64,000 nt of DNA, taken from Candidatus Thalassospirochaeta sargassi (lineage in GTDB: Bacteria; Spirochaetota; Spirochaetia; UBA9216). Positions 1 to 9,558 of the stretch are shown here, piece by piece. The position numbers were made by a program, and so were the translations under genes. The stretch covers positions 5,901 through 69,900 of the forward strand of contig JAQQAL010000002.1 of the NCBI GenBank assembly GCA_028532855.1, read 5' to 3'. Within the stretch, counting starts at the first letter, position 1, and every line of letters begins with the position of its first letter. A model generated the notes under the pieces. That model saw only the letters and a list, made by a program, of their open reading frames with translations, did no database searches and was not told the DNA's origin.

Positions 1-705
1 GAGCTTAAGGGGGTTGGAAATTACGATCTTGAGTGGAGTATAGATGAAATTCCAGCCGGACATGATGTTGAGACCAACATTACCACTACCGGTGAATTAC
101 TTTTTTTATTAACTGAAGTCAAGAGACGGGAAATAAAACTCACGCATATTGCACCTAATTTCGGAGTAGAAAAAGGTACGGACTATCGAATGAAGTACGG
201 CAGAGAATATCTGTTTGACCTTCTTAGATCATTTAAGATTATAAGTGATGAATTCGGAATAATGCTGGATGTACATTCAGGAGATAACTTGTCATCCGAG
301 ACCAAAAGAATAATAAATAAGGCTACGAACGGAGAAATCCATTATAAAATATCACCCATCACACAGGAGATTTTTGCTGAAACTTTATACAATACGAATT
401 ATGAAGATTTTCTTTTCTGGTGGAAAGAAGCATATAATTATGCAAAGAAAAAAGCAGAAGAGGGATCAGATTTTGCAGCTAAATGCCTGAAAGTTTATGA
501 GCGATCAGGAGGAAAACCGTCACCTGATGAGTCTGTTTTCCATTATTTTCACTATCCGCCAATTGGTGAAATATCGGCTGATGGTAATCTAACTCTTAGA
601 GAGTATTTGTATTCTCTTGATAAAGAAATTTATCAGGCATATGACAGACGATTTAATGAATATCTTGTTTCTATCACAGACGAGCTATTTTCAACGAATG
701 GGTAG
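1..705 (+). CDS. 5'-partial CDS, open from base 1, stop TAG at 703-705. C-terminal part of a tagaturonate/fructuronate epimerase UxaE-like protein.
   Basis: Frame 1 is open from position 1 with no start in the window. It lies immediately upstream of uxaB in a hexuronate cluster. The family call rests on context plus weak recollection of UxaE-like motifs. Confidence 0.4.
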   Translation, partial: ELKGVGNYDLEWSIDEIPAGHDVETNITTTGELLFLLTEVKRREIKLTHIAPNFGVEKGTDYRMKYGREYLFDLLRSFKIISDEFGIMLDVHSGDNLSSETKRIINKATNGEIHYKISPITQEIFAETLYNTNYEDFLFWWKEAYNYAKKKAEEGSDFAAKCLKVYERSGGKPSPDESVFHYFHYPPIGEISADGNLTLREYLYSLDKEIYQAYDRRFNEYLVSITDELFSTNG

Positions 706-711
706 GACCTA

Positions 712-2190
712 GTGATTAAAACAATATCAGAATATAAGCGTCAGTATGATTTTCCCATACGTATAGTACAATTTGGAGAAGGAAATTTTCTAAGAGCTTT
801 TTGGGGGAAAGCAATAAATGACCTAAATAGAATGAATGTACTAAATAGTCAGATATGTGTGATTCAGCCTATTGAGCATGGAAAACTATCTAAATTGGCG
901 GAGCAGAACTATCTATACAATGTCTGTCTTCAGAGCGAAGATGTTGAAAATATTGAAATTATAGAATCAATAAAAACAGGAATAAATCCTTATATAGATT
1001 TTAATGGATTTACCGCCTTAGCAGGCAATCCGGATCTCCGATTTATCATTTCAAACACTACTGAAGCGGGAATTGTACTGGATCCTGAGGATTCAATTGA
1101 GAATACGCCACCCCAGTCTTTTCCAGGGAAATTGCTGTATTTTCTTTATACTCGCTATAAAATGTTTAAAGGCCAAAAAGGTAAGGGATTACTGATTTTT
1201 CCAAGTGAATTAATCGAAAATAATGGAACAAAGCTTCTCGAAATAATGCTTAGCTTAAGTGAAAGATTAAGTTTGGATCCGGATTTCAAGCGTTGGCTTA
1301 CGACAGAAAATGAATTTTTTAATACTTTGGTGGATGGAATCGTAACTGGGTATCCATTTGCGGAAGCTGAAAAGTTTGAGAACTTATTGGGATATAAAGA
1401 TAATTTTCTGGTGAAAGGTGAACCCTATCAGTTGCTTGTTATACAGGGGAATGATCAATACCGAAGTGAATTCCCGATTGAAAAAGCTGCTTTAAATGTA
1501 GTGTGGACGGATGATTTAGACTTTTATAGAAAGATTAAAGTCAGGATGATGAACGGAATTCAAACTGTAATGTCGTTAAGTGGGTTTCTTTCAGGATTGA
1601 AGACCGAAAGAGAAGCTTTGAATAATCCGATCATCGGAGCTTTCATGAAGATGGGTCTCTACGATGAGATTTCTCCGACTCTTTCATATTCCGAATTAGA
1701 AAAAAACAAATTTGCGGATAAAATGCTGGAACGATTAAATAATCCTTTTATTGAACATTTTCTTGAAGATATAAATTTAAATAGTTTTTCAAAATATCAG
1801 TCAAGAATACAACCTTCACTTTCATTCTGGCAGGATGCTTCAAGGCCCTTACCGTTTTTATTATTCAGCACTGCAGTATTATTGAGTTTTTACATGAATA
1901 CTAAAAAAGAAAATGGTTTCTATTATGGTGAATGCTGCGGGATTAGATATCAAGTCTACGATACTCTTAAAATACTCGAAACTTTTGCTCAGTTAAAAGT
2001 TAAAGCTGTTAAAGATAGATTAACGACACAAGACCATGTTGAGTCGATCTTCAAAGAAAAGGAATTATGGCTGGAAACACCTAAACTGTCATTTGAGCAA
2101 ATGCGAATAATTATCAATATAATTGAAAGTATTGAAGAGAAAGGAATTATTGAAACAATAACAGATCTCCGGAAAGGAGGCCTTCTTTGA
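712..2190 (+). CDS. uxaB: Altronate oxidoreductase / tagaturonate reductase (long-chain mannitol dehydrogenase family). GTG start.
   Basis: N-terminal 'IVQFGEGNFLRAF' matches the UxaB/mannitol-DH Rossmann signature. Length is 492 aa. The gene follows uxaE and starts with GTG at 712. Confidence 0.8.
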   Translation: MIKTISEYKRQYDFPIRIVQFGEGNFLRAFWGKAINDLNRMNVLNSQICVIQPIEHGKLSKLAEQNYLYNVCLQSEDVENIEIIESIKTGINPYIDFNGFTALAGNPDLRFIISNTTEAGIVLDPEDSIENTPPQSFPGKLLYFLYTRYKMFKGQKGKGLLIFPSELIENNGTKLLEIMLSLSERLSLDPDFKRWLTTENEFFNTLVDGIVTGYPFAEAEKFENLLGYKDNFLVKGEPYQLLVIQGNDQYRSEFPIEKAALNVVWTDDLDFYRKIKVRMMNGIQTVMSLSGFLSGLKTEREALNNPIIGAFMKMGLYDEISPTLSYSELEKNKFADKMLERLNNPFIEHFLEDINLNSFSKYQSRIQPSLSFWQDASRPLPFLLFSTAVLLSFYMNTKKENGFYYGECCGIRYQVYDTLKILETFAQLKVKAVKDRLTTQDHVESIFKEKELWLETPKLSFEQMRIIINIIESIEEKGIIETITDLRKGGLL

Positions 2191-3203
2191 AAGCATTCAT
2201 AATAAGTGGGAAACAAAAAGTTGAATTTATCTCAGTGAATATAAAACCTCCAGGCAAAGAGGAGCTGTTAATTACGGTCAAAACAATAGGTTTATGCGGT
2301 AGCGATTTAAAATCTTATAATAATGAAAATCCTATGGTGAAATATCCTATTATTCCCGGGCATGAAATAGGAGGGGTAGTCGTAGCAAAAGGTTCAGATG
2401 TACCCGACTCTATCAGAATTGGGGATAAAGGAACTGTTTTCCCATACACATATTGCGGTGTTTGTCCCGCTTGTAAGCTCGGCCGTTTTAATACATGCGC
2501 AGAAAACCGGACCATGGGGGTCGCAAGAGACGGAGCTGCAACCGAGCAGATTTTAATCAGATACAAGGATTTTATTAGCTGCCCTGAACTTGATTTTAGT
2601 GAAATAGCCTTGATAGAACCTCTAAGTGTTGGCAGGCATGCAGCAATGCGTGCGGGGGATGTTCGAGGTAAAAATGTCCTTATTTATGGTTTAGGAATAG
2701 TTGGGGTTGGAGTTTTATTAGAATTAAAAAAGCAAGGGGCTCATGTTATAGTTGCTGATATTTCCGAAAAAAAGCTTGAATTAGCAAAATCTATCGGGGC
2801 AGAACATATTATAAATTTAAACGATTCTGATTATTCAGATCAACTCGATGCTTTTAAGTCCTCCGGAATCAGCGCCATATTTGATGCTGTAGGGGCTGCT
2901 GCTATTGTTTCAGCAGCTATAGAAAATTGCTCTGTGGCCGGGATCGTTGTTCTCATTGGATATTATAATGATATGCATCCGTTTAACTCAAAATTAATAG
3001 TCAGCAAAGAGCTGACGGTTTCAGGGGCAAGGAATGCGCTGAAAAGTGATATGGAATCCGTTCGGGATTTACTGCTGCAAAATAAAAGACTTAAAGACTT
3101 ATTAATTACTAAGTGTTTTGATTATAAAAAAATCGAGCAAGCATTTAGATACTGGAACAAAAAAAAGAGTTCAGTTAGAAAGATTATCATTGAAATGAAT
3201 TGA
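2187..3203 (+). CDS. Zn-dependent medium-chain alcohol/polyol dehydrogenase.
   Basis: 'GHEIGGVV' catalytic-Zn motif and 'CGVCPACKLGRFNTC' structural-Zn cysteines. ATGA overlap with the uxaB stop. Confidence 0.8.
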   Translation: MKAFIISGKQKVEFISVNIKPPGKEELLITVKTIGLCGSDLKSYNNENPMVKYPIIPGHEIGGVVVAKGSDVPDSIRIGDKGTVFPYTYCGVCPACKLGRFNTCAENRTMGVARDGAATEQILIRYKDFISCPELDFSEIALIEPLSVGRHAAMRAGDVRGKNVLIYGLGIVGVGVLLELKKQGAHVIVADISEKKLELAKSIGAEHIINLNDSDYSDQLDAFKSSGISAIFDAVGAAAIVSAAIENCSVAGIVVLIGYYNDMHPFNSKLIVSKELTVSGARNALKSDMESVRDLLLQNKRLKDLLITKCFDYKKIEQAFRYWNKKKSSVRKIIIEMN

Positions 3204-3273
3204 TGATTACATAATTGCAAAGGAAGGAAAAGAATGATGATTATTTTTTTATTTGATCTAAACAGGAGGGGAC

Positions 3274-3753
3274 ATGAAATTATATAAAAAAATCGAAGAA
3301 TATTTTCCAGAATTAATTTTTATAATTATTTGTTTAGCGATGCTGCTGCAAATATTTAGCAGGACTATTTTTGGGATTTCTTTTTCATGGAATCTTGAAT
3401 TTGTTCGGTATGCGCAAGTCTGGCTAACATTTATTGGAATAGCTTACCTTAGAAGAATCGATTCTCACATTAAAATTGAATTATTATTGAAATGGATTAA
3501 CGAAAGACTATCTAACCGCGGAAAAATGGTCTTTTACATAATAAGAACAATTATTGGTCTGTTTTTTATGATCCTACTCATAGTATTAGGGATTCAGCTA
3601 TCTTTAAAAGCCTGGAATCTTAGATCTTCGGCCATGCAGCTGAGACAAACCTGGTTATATATCTGTGTTCCCATCGGCTCTTTGGCATATTTGTTCAGAG
3701 AAATACAAAGTATTATCAGTATTTTTAGAGAAAATATTAGAGGTGCAAAATGA
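3274..3753 (+). CDS. TRAP transporter small permease (DctQ-like).
   Basis: 159-aa protein with four hydrophobic helices. RBS 'aggaggggac' precedes the start. Overlaps the downstream DctM gene by 4 nt. Confidence 0.7.
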   Translation: MKLYKKIEEYFPELIFIIICLAMLLQIFSRTIFGISFSWNLEFVRYAQVWLTFIGIAYLRRIDSHIKIELLLKWINERLSNRGKMVFYIIRTIIGLFFMILLIVLGIQLSLKAWNLRSSAMQLRQTWLYICVPIGSLAYLFREIQSIISIFRENIRGAK

Positions 3754-5030
3754 TTATATTAATAATAGTAATGCTGTTTATTCTTTTAGCTGCTGGACTA
3801 CCGGTAGCAATATCAATTGGCGTTCCGTCTTTACTTTATATTGTTTTAGATAGTGGTATTCCGGCTTTTGTAGCAGTTCAGAGAATGGTTGCAGGTATCA
3901 ATACATATAGTTTACTGGCTATTCCATTTTTTATTCTTGCCGGAAATCTTATGAATACTGGAGGAATTACAACAAGGATTTTTGATTCGTGCTCAGTAAC
4001 ATTCGGGCGCTTAAGAGGAGGTCTTGCTCATGTTAACATTATATCCAGTATCATATTCGCTGGGATGTCAGGCGCTGCAATAGCAGACGCAGGAGGTCTG
4101 GGCGCCATCGAAATAAAGGCTATGCGGGAAAATAAATATGATGAAAGAATGACCATTGGAATAACCGCCGCTTCCTCTATAATCGGTCCAATCATACCGC
4201 CGAGTATGCCTATCGTTGTATATGGTGTTGTAGCTTCGGCTTCTATCGGACGACTTTTTGCTGCTGGACTTGTACCTGGTATCATAATGGGGTTAAGTTT
4301 GATGGTAATGGTTTTTTTACTCGCAGGTAAAATGAACTGTCCCGTAGGACAAAGATCCAGTTTTGTTCAGAAATTCGTAGCATTCAAAAAAGCATTCTTT
4401 CCACTATTAACACCTGTAATAATATTGGGTGGAATATTCTCCGGATATTTTACCCCGACCGAAGCTGCTGCGATAGCTTGTTTATACGCTCTAATTCTTG
4501 GAATATTATACAAGGAAATAGATCTGAAAACTTTTAAAGAAGCAGTAAGATCTTCTATGGTGACCACGGTTCAGGTTCTTTTCATCGTAGCTTCAGCAAC
4601 ACTTTTTGCCTGGATATTAGCACGCGAGCAGGTGCCGCAACAGCTTGTAGCTTTTGTGCAGACTCTGGAAGTTTCAAAGTGGATGATTATACTGATATTT
4701 AATGTTTTATTGTTGGTTGTAGGGCTTTTTATGGAAACAGTCGCTTCAATAAATATATTAGTCCCTGTCCTTCTTCCCGTAATGATTGCATTGGGAATGA
4801 GTCCCATACAGTTCGGAATTGTAATGATTTTAAATCTGATTATTGGAACCTTAACACCTCCGTTTGGAACCGTGTTGTTTGTGTTAAGCGGGGTTGCAAA
4901 TGTTTCTGTTGAAAAAGTTGCAAAAAGTACTTTTATCTTTGTGCCGCCATTAATTGTTGTATTAATTCTCATAAATGTGTTCCCGGATTTGACTCTATGG
5001 TTGCCGAATTTATTTTACGGACTTGAATAA
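3750..5030 (+). CDS. TRAP transporter large permease (DctM-like).
   Basis: 426-aa polytopic membrane protein with typical DctM segments ('GLPVAISIG...', 'ILAGNLMNTGGIT'). Translationally coupled to dctQ. Confidence 0.85.
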   Translation: MIILIIVMLFILLAAGLPVAISIGVPSLLYIVLDSGIPAFVAVQRMVAGINTYSLLAIPFFILAGNLMNTGGITTRIFDSCSVTFGRLRGGLAHVNIISSIIFAGMSGAAIADAGGLGAIEIKAMRENKYDERMTIGITAASSIIGPIIPPSMPIVVYGVVASASIGRLFAAGLVPGIIMGLSLMVMVFLLAGKMNCPVGQRSSFVQKFVAFKKAFFPLLTPVIILGGIFSGYFTPTEAAAIACLYALILGILYKEIDLKTFKEAVRSSMVTTVQVLFIVASATLFAWILAREQVPQQLVAFVQTLEVSKWMIILIFNVLLLVVGLFMETVASINILVPVLLPVMIALGMSPIQFGIVMILNLIIGTLTPPFGTVLFVLSGVANVSVEKVAKSTFIFVPPLIVVLILINVFPDLTLWLPNLFYGLE

Positions 5031-5044
5031 ATAAAGGAAAAAAA

Positions 5045-6070
5045 ATGAAAGCATTAAGAAAATATGAAAAAGGTATCGCTAAGTTCAGGGTTGAGGAAGT
5101 AGATATTCCAAAACCAGGAAAAGGTGAAGTTCTTGTAGAAGTTCAATTTGCAGGTATTTGCGGAACTGATATGCATATTTATCATGATACTTATAATGAT
5201 GCACCTCCGATGACTATTGGCCATGAATTCAGCGGTGTCGTGGTTGAAGTTGGTATTGGGGTTAGCGACTATAAGAAAGGAGATAAGGTCGTCTCCGAAA
5301 CCAATGTTGAATATTGCGGTTCCTGCTATTTATGCAAATCCGGACGTTTCTGCCTCTGTAACAATAGAAAGGCTCTTGGACAGCAGGTTGACGGAGTTTT
5401 CGCTAAGTTTGCAGTAATTCCGGCCAGAGAATTATTTAAACTGCCGGAAAATGTATCTATGGTTGGCGCAGCACTTTCAGAGCCTCTTTCCTGTGTTGTT
5501 CATGCGGTTATGCAGCGTTCAAATATTCAGGCCGGGGATAATGTTATAGTCAGTGGTCCAGGTCCAATAGGATTGATGGCGGTAATGATTGCTAAAATGT
5601 CTGGTGCTCATGTTCTGCTAACAGGAACAACAATTGATGCGGAAAGGCTTAAACTTGGTGTGGAATTAGGCGCGGATAGCGTAGTAGATGTAATGAAACA
5701 AGATCTGCAGGAGGTCGTTCAGGAATACACTGACGGAAAAGGTGTGGATGTTGTTCTCGAATGTTCAGGTGTAGGAGTTGCTGTTAGGTCAGGAATTGCA
5801 GCATTAAAGAAAACCGGTATCTTCACTCAAATCGGGTTGTTCGGAAAAGATGCCATTCTTGATTTGAATGCATTCTGTTTTAAGGAAATAAACTTTTATG
5901 GCTGTCTTTCAAAAACCGATTGGTCATGGCGAAAAACGATGCAGTTATTGGCGACCGGTGATATTCCACTTGACAAACTTGTGAGTCACAAATTTAAACT
6001 TGAGGAATGGAAAAAGGCATTTGAAATTTCTGAAAATAAAACGGGAATGAAGATTGTTTTTGAGCCATAA
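5045..6070 (+). CDS. Zn-dependent dehydrogenase (sorbitol/threonine-DH-like MDR).
   Basis: 'GHEFSGVVVEVG' and 'CGSCYLCKSGRFCLC' zinc motifs. Confidence 0.8.
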   Translation: MKALRKYEKGIAKFRVEEVDIPKPGKGEVLVEVQFAGICGTDMHIYHDTYNDAPPMTIGHEFSGVVVEVGIGVSDYKKGDKVVSETNVEYCGSCYLCKSGRFCLCNNRKALGQQVDGVFAKFAVIPARELFKLPENVSMVGAALSEPLSCVVHAVMQRSNIQAGDNVIVSGPGPIGLMAVMIAKMSGAHVLLTGTTIDAERLKLGVELGADSVVDVMKQDLQEVVQEYTDGKGVDVVLECSGVGVAVRSGIAALKKTGIFTQIGLFGKDAILDLNAFCFKEINFYGCLSKTDWSWRKTMQLLATGDIPLDKLVSHKFKLEEWKKAFEISENKTGMKIVFEP

Positions 6071-6173
6071 AAAATAATCAGGGATAAGATTACTGCAATT
6101 CTGCGGATACATGATTTGTTGTTAAATCCTGATTGGATCTGACAAGCTTTAAAATATTAAAAAGGAACAGAGA

Positions 6174-8258
6174 ATGAAAACATCAGATATGTTTCAAACA
6201 GACAGGAAGCTTTTAAAGAAGGGCATCTACAAATTATTAGAAATCAAAGATTCCGATATCAGACTTCTTACATTGATGCAGGGCGTAAAAGCTGTAGATC
6301 GAGGAATTCACAGCGGTGGCGCACTTTCTGCGATTCTCCCATTAACAGCTGTCTATTACGGTGGTTATATAGATTATGATTTAAAGGACCCTTCTCGTGT
6401 AGGGCAAGATATGTTTATTTTGAGTAAAGGTCATGCTGTTGCCGCAATGGCTTCAGTATATACAGATCTTGGGTTTTTCAAGTCTGAACTGCTTGAAAAC
6501 TCGAGATCAGTTGAGAGTCTTTTGAATGGGCATCCAGGCCCCCTGCTTCCCGGGGTACATATAGCGACTGGTCCATTAGGACAGGGGATTGCCGCGGCAC
6601 AGGGCCTGGCTATGGCGGGAAAGTCTCAGTCAAACTTTAATGTATTTGCTATTACTGGAGATGGAGAATTACAGGAAGGTGTTGTATGGGAAGCCATAAT
6701 GCATGCACCGCAGGCTAGACTTGATAACCTCTGTATGCTCGTAGATAAAAATGAAGGGCAGCTTGATAATCATACTAAACTTTTGTTTTCGATGGATAAT
6801 ATTCCCGGACAGATAGAGTCTTTTGGTTGGCGAACTTTTGAAGTAGATGGAACTAGCTATTCTTCAGTTTGTGCTGCACTGGACCAGTTTCAAAACGCTC
6901 CGAAGGATGGAAGACCTACTGCCATTATCTGTAATTCTACAAAGGGTTTCGGTTCATTTTCATCAGATTTAAATAGGCATAAAATTACTCTTGGTGAGGA
7001 TGAATACTTAAATGAGAAAACTTTACAGGAAAATCGTCGGGATGTCCGGATGAATAGTTTTCTCCAGTTTGCAGAGGAACTTAAACAAGCAGGTAAAGAC
7101 GACGTTTTAAACGAATTGAAAAATCGTGCTCGATATATGAACCTTGAGATTAAAAAAGATTTTGTCTCGGGAATAACTGCTGTGCCTTTTGCCGGGAAGG
7201 TCCCTGCCCGAAATAAGAAAATTAATTATAATCCAGCTGATATTCCTGCATACACTGCAGATGAAAAAGTTGCGGCTAGTGATGTTATTAAATCTTGTAT
7301 GAAAGTGTTTGCAAAGGATAACAGAGTCGTATCTGTTGATTCAGATTTAGGCTCAACTAGTGGACTTGAAGCTGGTATAAGTTCGATCGACGAAAGCAGA
7401 GCTATTAATATTGGTATTGCCGAATCAAATATGATGTGTGTGGGTGAGTCCTATGCAGCATTAGGATATAACGCTTGGGTAAGTACTTTTTGTCCCTTTT
7501 TCGATTGGAAAGTTCTTCGTAGAATAGCTATAAGTCAACAGGAACGAGTTGAGGCTATTGCTTCTCCGGATGGGTGGCTTTCCAAAGGACACGGTTTAGA
7601 TCTTACATTTCTTGCAACAGCGCCTAATTTTGAAACGAAAACTAATGGTGCTACGCATATGGGTAATGATGATACCATCGTTTATGGTGGTATTGGCGGC
7701 CTGAACATCATTGATGTTTCCTGTCCGAACCAGCAGGTTGCAATTATGAAGTGGATAATGGAAGGTAATAAGGGGCTAAATTATGTCAGAATCATGCGTG
7801 CAGCCTCTGGTGTGCTTTACCCTGCAGGAATAGATTTCGAATACGGTAAAGCTTATCAGCCATACGGTAATGGAGCCAGTGATGTAAACTTTGTTTCAAG
7901 CGGACGAGGTGTTCATGAAGCAATCGCCGCAGCTGAATTACTAAAAAAGAAAGATATTGAAGTTTCGGTGTATGATATGCCTTCTTTTGATGAGAAAACA
8001 ATTACAGAACTATTATCTTCGAAGGGATTAACTGTGATAGCCGAACAGAACAACGGTTTTATCTATGAACAACTGGGTAGATTGATATTAAAGACCGGTG
8101 ATACGGGCCTCTTAAAAAACTGTGTAGCTGTAAATGCAAATGATAAAGAAGGTAATTTTCATTATATACATTCTGCAACATATGACCAGTTATTAGATAA
8201 ATATCAGCTGACTCCGAAAGATCTAGCCACAACAGCTGAAAATAATTTAAAAGGATAA
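6174..8258 (+). CDS. tkt: Transketolase, single chain, 694 aa.
   Basis: TPP-binding motif 'GHPGPLLPGVHIATGPLGQGIAAAQGLAMAG' followed by 'GDGELQEG'. Pyrimidine-binding and C-terminal domains are present. Confidence 0.8.
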   Translation: MKTSDMFQTDRKLLKKGIYKLLEIKDSDIRLLTLMQGVKAVDRGIHSGGALSAILPLTAVYYGGYIDYDLKDPSRVGQDMFILSKGHAVAAMASVYTDLGFFKSELLENSRSVESLLNGHPGPLLPGVHIATGPLGQGIAAAQGLAMAGKSQSNFNVFAITGDGELQEGVVWEAIMHAPQARLDNLCMLVDKNEGQLDNHTKLLFSMDNIPGQIESFGWRTFEVDGTSYSSVCAALDQFQNAPKDGRPTAIICNSTKGFGSFSSDLNRHKITLGEDEYLNEKTLQENRRDVRMNSFLQFAEELKQAGKDDVLNELKNRARYMNLEIKKDFVSGITAVPFAGKVPARNKKINYNPADIPAYTADEKVAASDVIKSCMKVFAKDNRVVSVDSDLGSTSGLEAGISSIDESRAINIGIAESNMMCVGESYAALGYNAWVSTFCPFFDWKVLRRIAISQQERVEAIASPDGWLSKGHGLDLTFLATAPNFETKTNGATHMGNDDTIVYGGIGGLNIIDVSCPNQQVAIMKWIMEGNKGLNYVRIMRAASGVLYPAGIDFEYGKAYQPYGNGASDVNFVSSGRGVHEAIAAAELLKKKDIEVSVYDMPSFDEKTITELLSSKGLTVIAEQNNGFIYEQLGRLILKTGDTGLLKNCVAVNANDKEGNFHYIHSATYDQLLDKYQLTPKDLATTAENNLKG

Positions 8259-8276
8259 AACTGTTTATAATTAAAA

Positions 8277-8360
8277 TTATAAATGTCAGGCACCGGTATC
8301 AACGTTTAGTGAGTTAAAAGATTTAGATTCACTCCGGAGCAGATCTATTTAAACGTTGAT
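8277..8360. repeat. 16-bp near-perfect inverted repeat (CCGGTATCAACGTTTA / TAAACGTTGAT(G)CCCGG) with a ~47-nt spacer.
   Basis: Read directly from the sequence downstream of the tkt stop. No T-run follows, so it is not a classic terminator. Confidence 0.4.
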
Positions 8361-8829
8361 GCCCGGTAGCTTTTTGTAGTAATAAACGCAGCGTAAGCGG
8401 CAAATCTTCTCTTCTTGTAAAAGTTTAAAAAAATATTATCCTCCTTGAAAAGTCGAGGATGAAAAAGCTGGGTAAAAAGATTACAAACTTGGAGCAAATA
8501 TTTGTAACCGTCAAAATAACTACACCTGCAGTTCGAATTTGAATCTGCTAAACTCTGCAATTGATAAATAAACAATACACCGATGGAGAACGAAAACTCT
8601 ATCCAAAATAGTGGCATGAATCAGACTATCGGGCAATAGGTTTTGTTTGGAGAATAATATATGACAGACTATGTTTTATAACTGGACCAAAGAACGTCAT
8701 AAAAAAACAATTGAAAATTCAGGCTTTATAAAAATATTAAGTTTGAAGGTCACTGCACTAAAAATAATGTAATAATTGAACACGATGGTTAGAATATAAG
8801 TCTATCGCCAGGTTTTGATTTAAGGTGGT

Positions 8830-9350
8830 TTTAATTCCCCGCCCCTTGGGGCGAAAATATGTAATACTGCATGAATGGATGAGTATATCTACAAGAGTCA
8901 TAATAAGACGCAATTGTTATATTATTTGGTCTTTCCAGCAAAGTATCGACGTAAAGTATTCACAAGCGAAGCGGAAGAAAGTCTAAAAGAGATATGTCTA
9001 GGGATCCTGGAAAGAGATGAAATAAAGTTTGTAGAGATAGGTTATGAGGAAGATCACATTCATATGTTAGTACAAGGAGTGCCGACAATGGCGGTATAAA
9101 AGTTAGTAACAATAATAAAGATTTTGACAGCGAAAGAGATCTGCAGGAGGTATCCGAAAATTAAAAGGGAAATACTGTGGGACGGAGCGTTGTGGACGGG
9201 CGGCTACTACGCAAATACAGTATGATTATATACGAGTAAAGAAGTGATAAAAAGTAAATACAGAGTCAAGGAAAACAAGAAGAATATGTGGAAATCTATA
9301 CAGGCCAAGTAGATTCAAATTTGGGAATATGATACCCCGCCCCTTGAGTT
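8830..9350 (+). mobile_element. Degenerate IS200/IS605-family element, about 520 bp and internally decayed.
   Basis: Direct 11-mer 'ccccgcccctt' at 8837-8847 and 9335-9345. The left copy forms the palindrome cgcccc-ttg-gggcg, as in IS200 subterminal hairpins. A TnpA remnant lies inside. Confidence 0.5.
8875..9226 (+). pseudogene. tnpA: IS200-type Y1 transposase TnpA, truncated and frameshifted.
   Basis: First frame ends early at 9099 with the HuH motif 'HIHMLV'. The continuation is in another frame at 9122-9226 ('ILTAKEICRRYPKIKREILWDGALWTGGYYANTV'), which is a typical TnpA C-terminus. Confidence 0.6.
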
Positions 9351-9558
9351 AAGGAGTTTCATTTACATATTGATGGAATTGCTGTCATGGAACTTGTTCT
9401 GCAAAAAACCGAAAAAAACCTTAAAACACTATATTGAAGTTTTAGACCGATGTTGGCATTTGAGAGAGCCTGTAAATAAATCTGTGTAAAACTTTAAATA
9501 TTTGGTATAAGAATATATGTTCTTTACTTTGATTAATGAGGATTTCAACAAACAGTTG

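Noticed and set aside
3665-3853. 62-aa ORF across the dctQ/dctM junction; also 5217..5417 inside the Zn-dehydrogenase and 7792..8001 inside tkt
   Set aside because: These are alternative-frame ORFs wholly inside strongly supported genes, with no independent signals.
8345-8617. 90-aa minus-strand ORF in the tkt-IS200 intergenic region
   Set aside because: No RBS, unusual composition and no recognisable family. It sits in a rearranged IS-adjacent region and is more likely non-coding.
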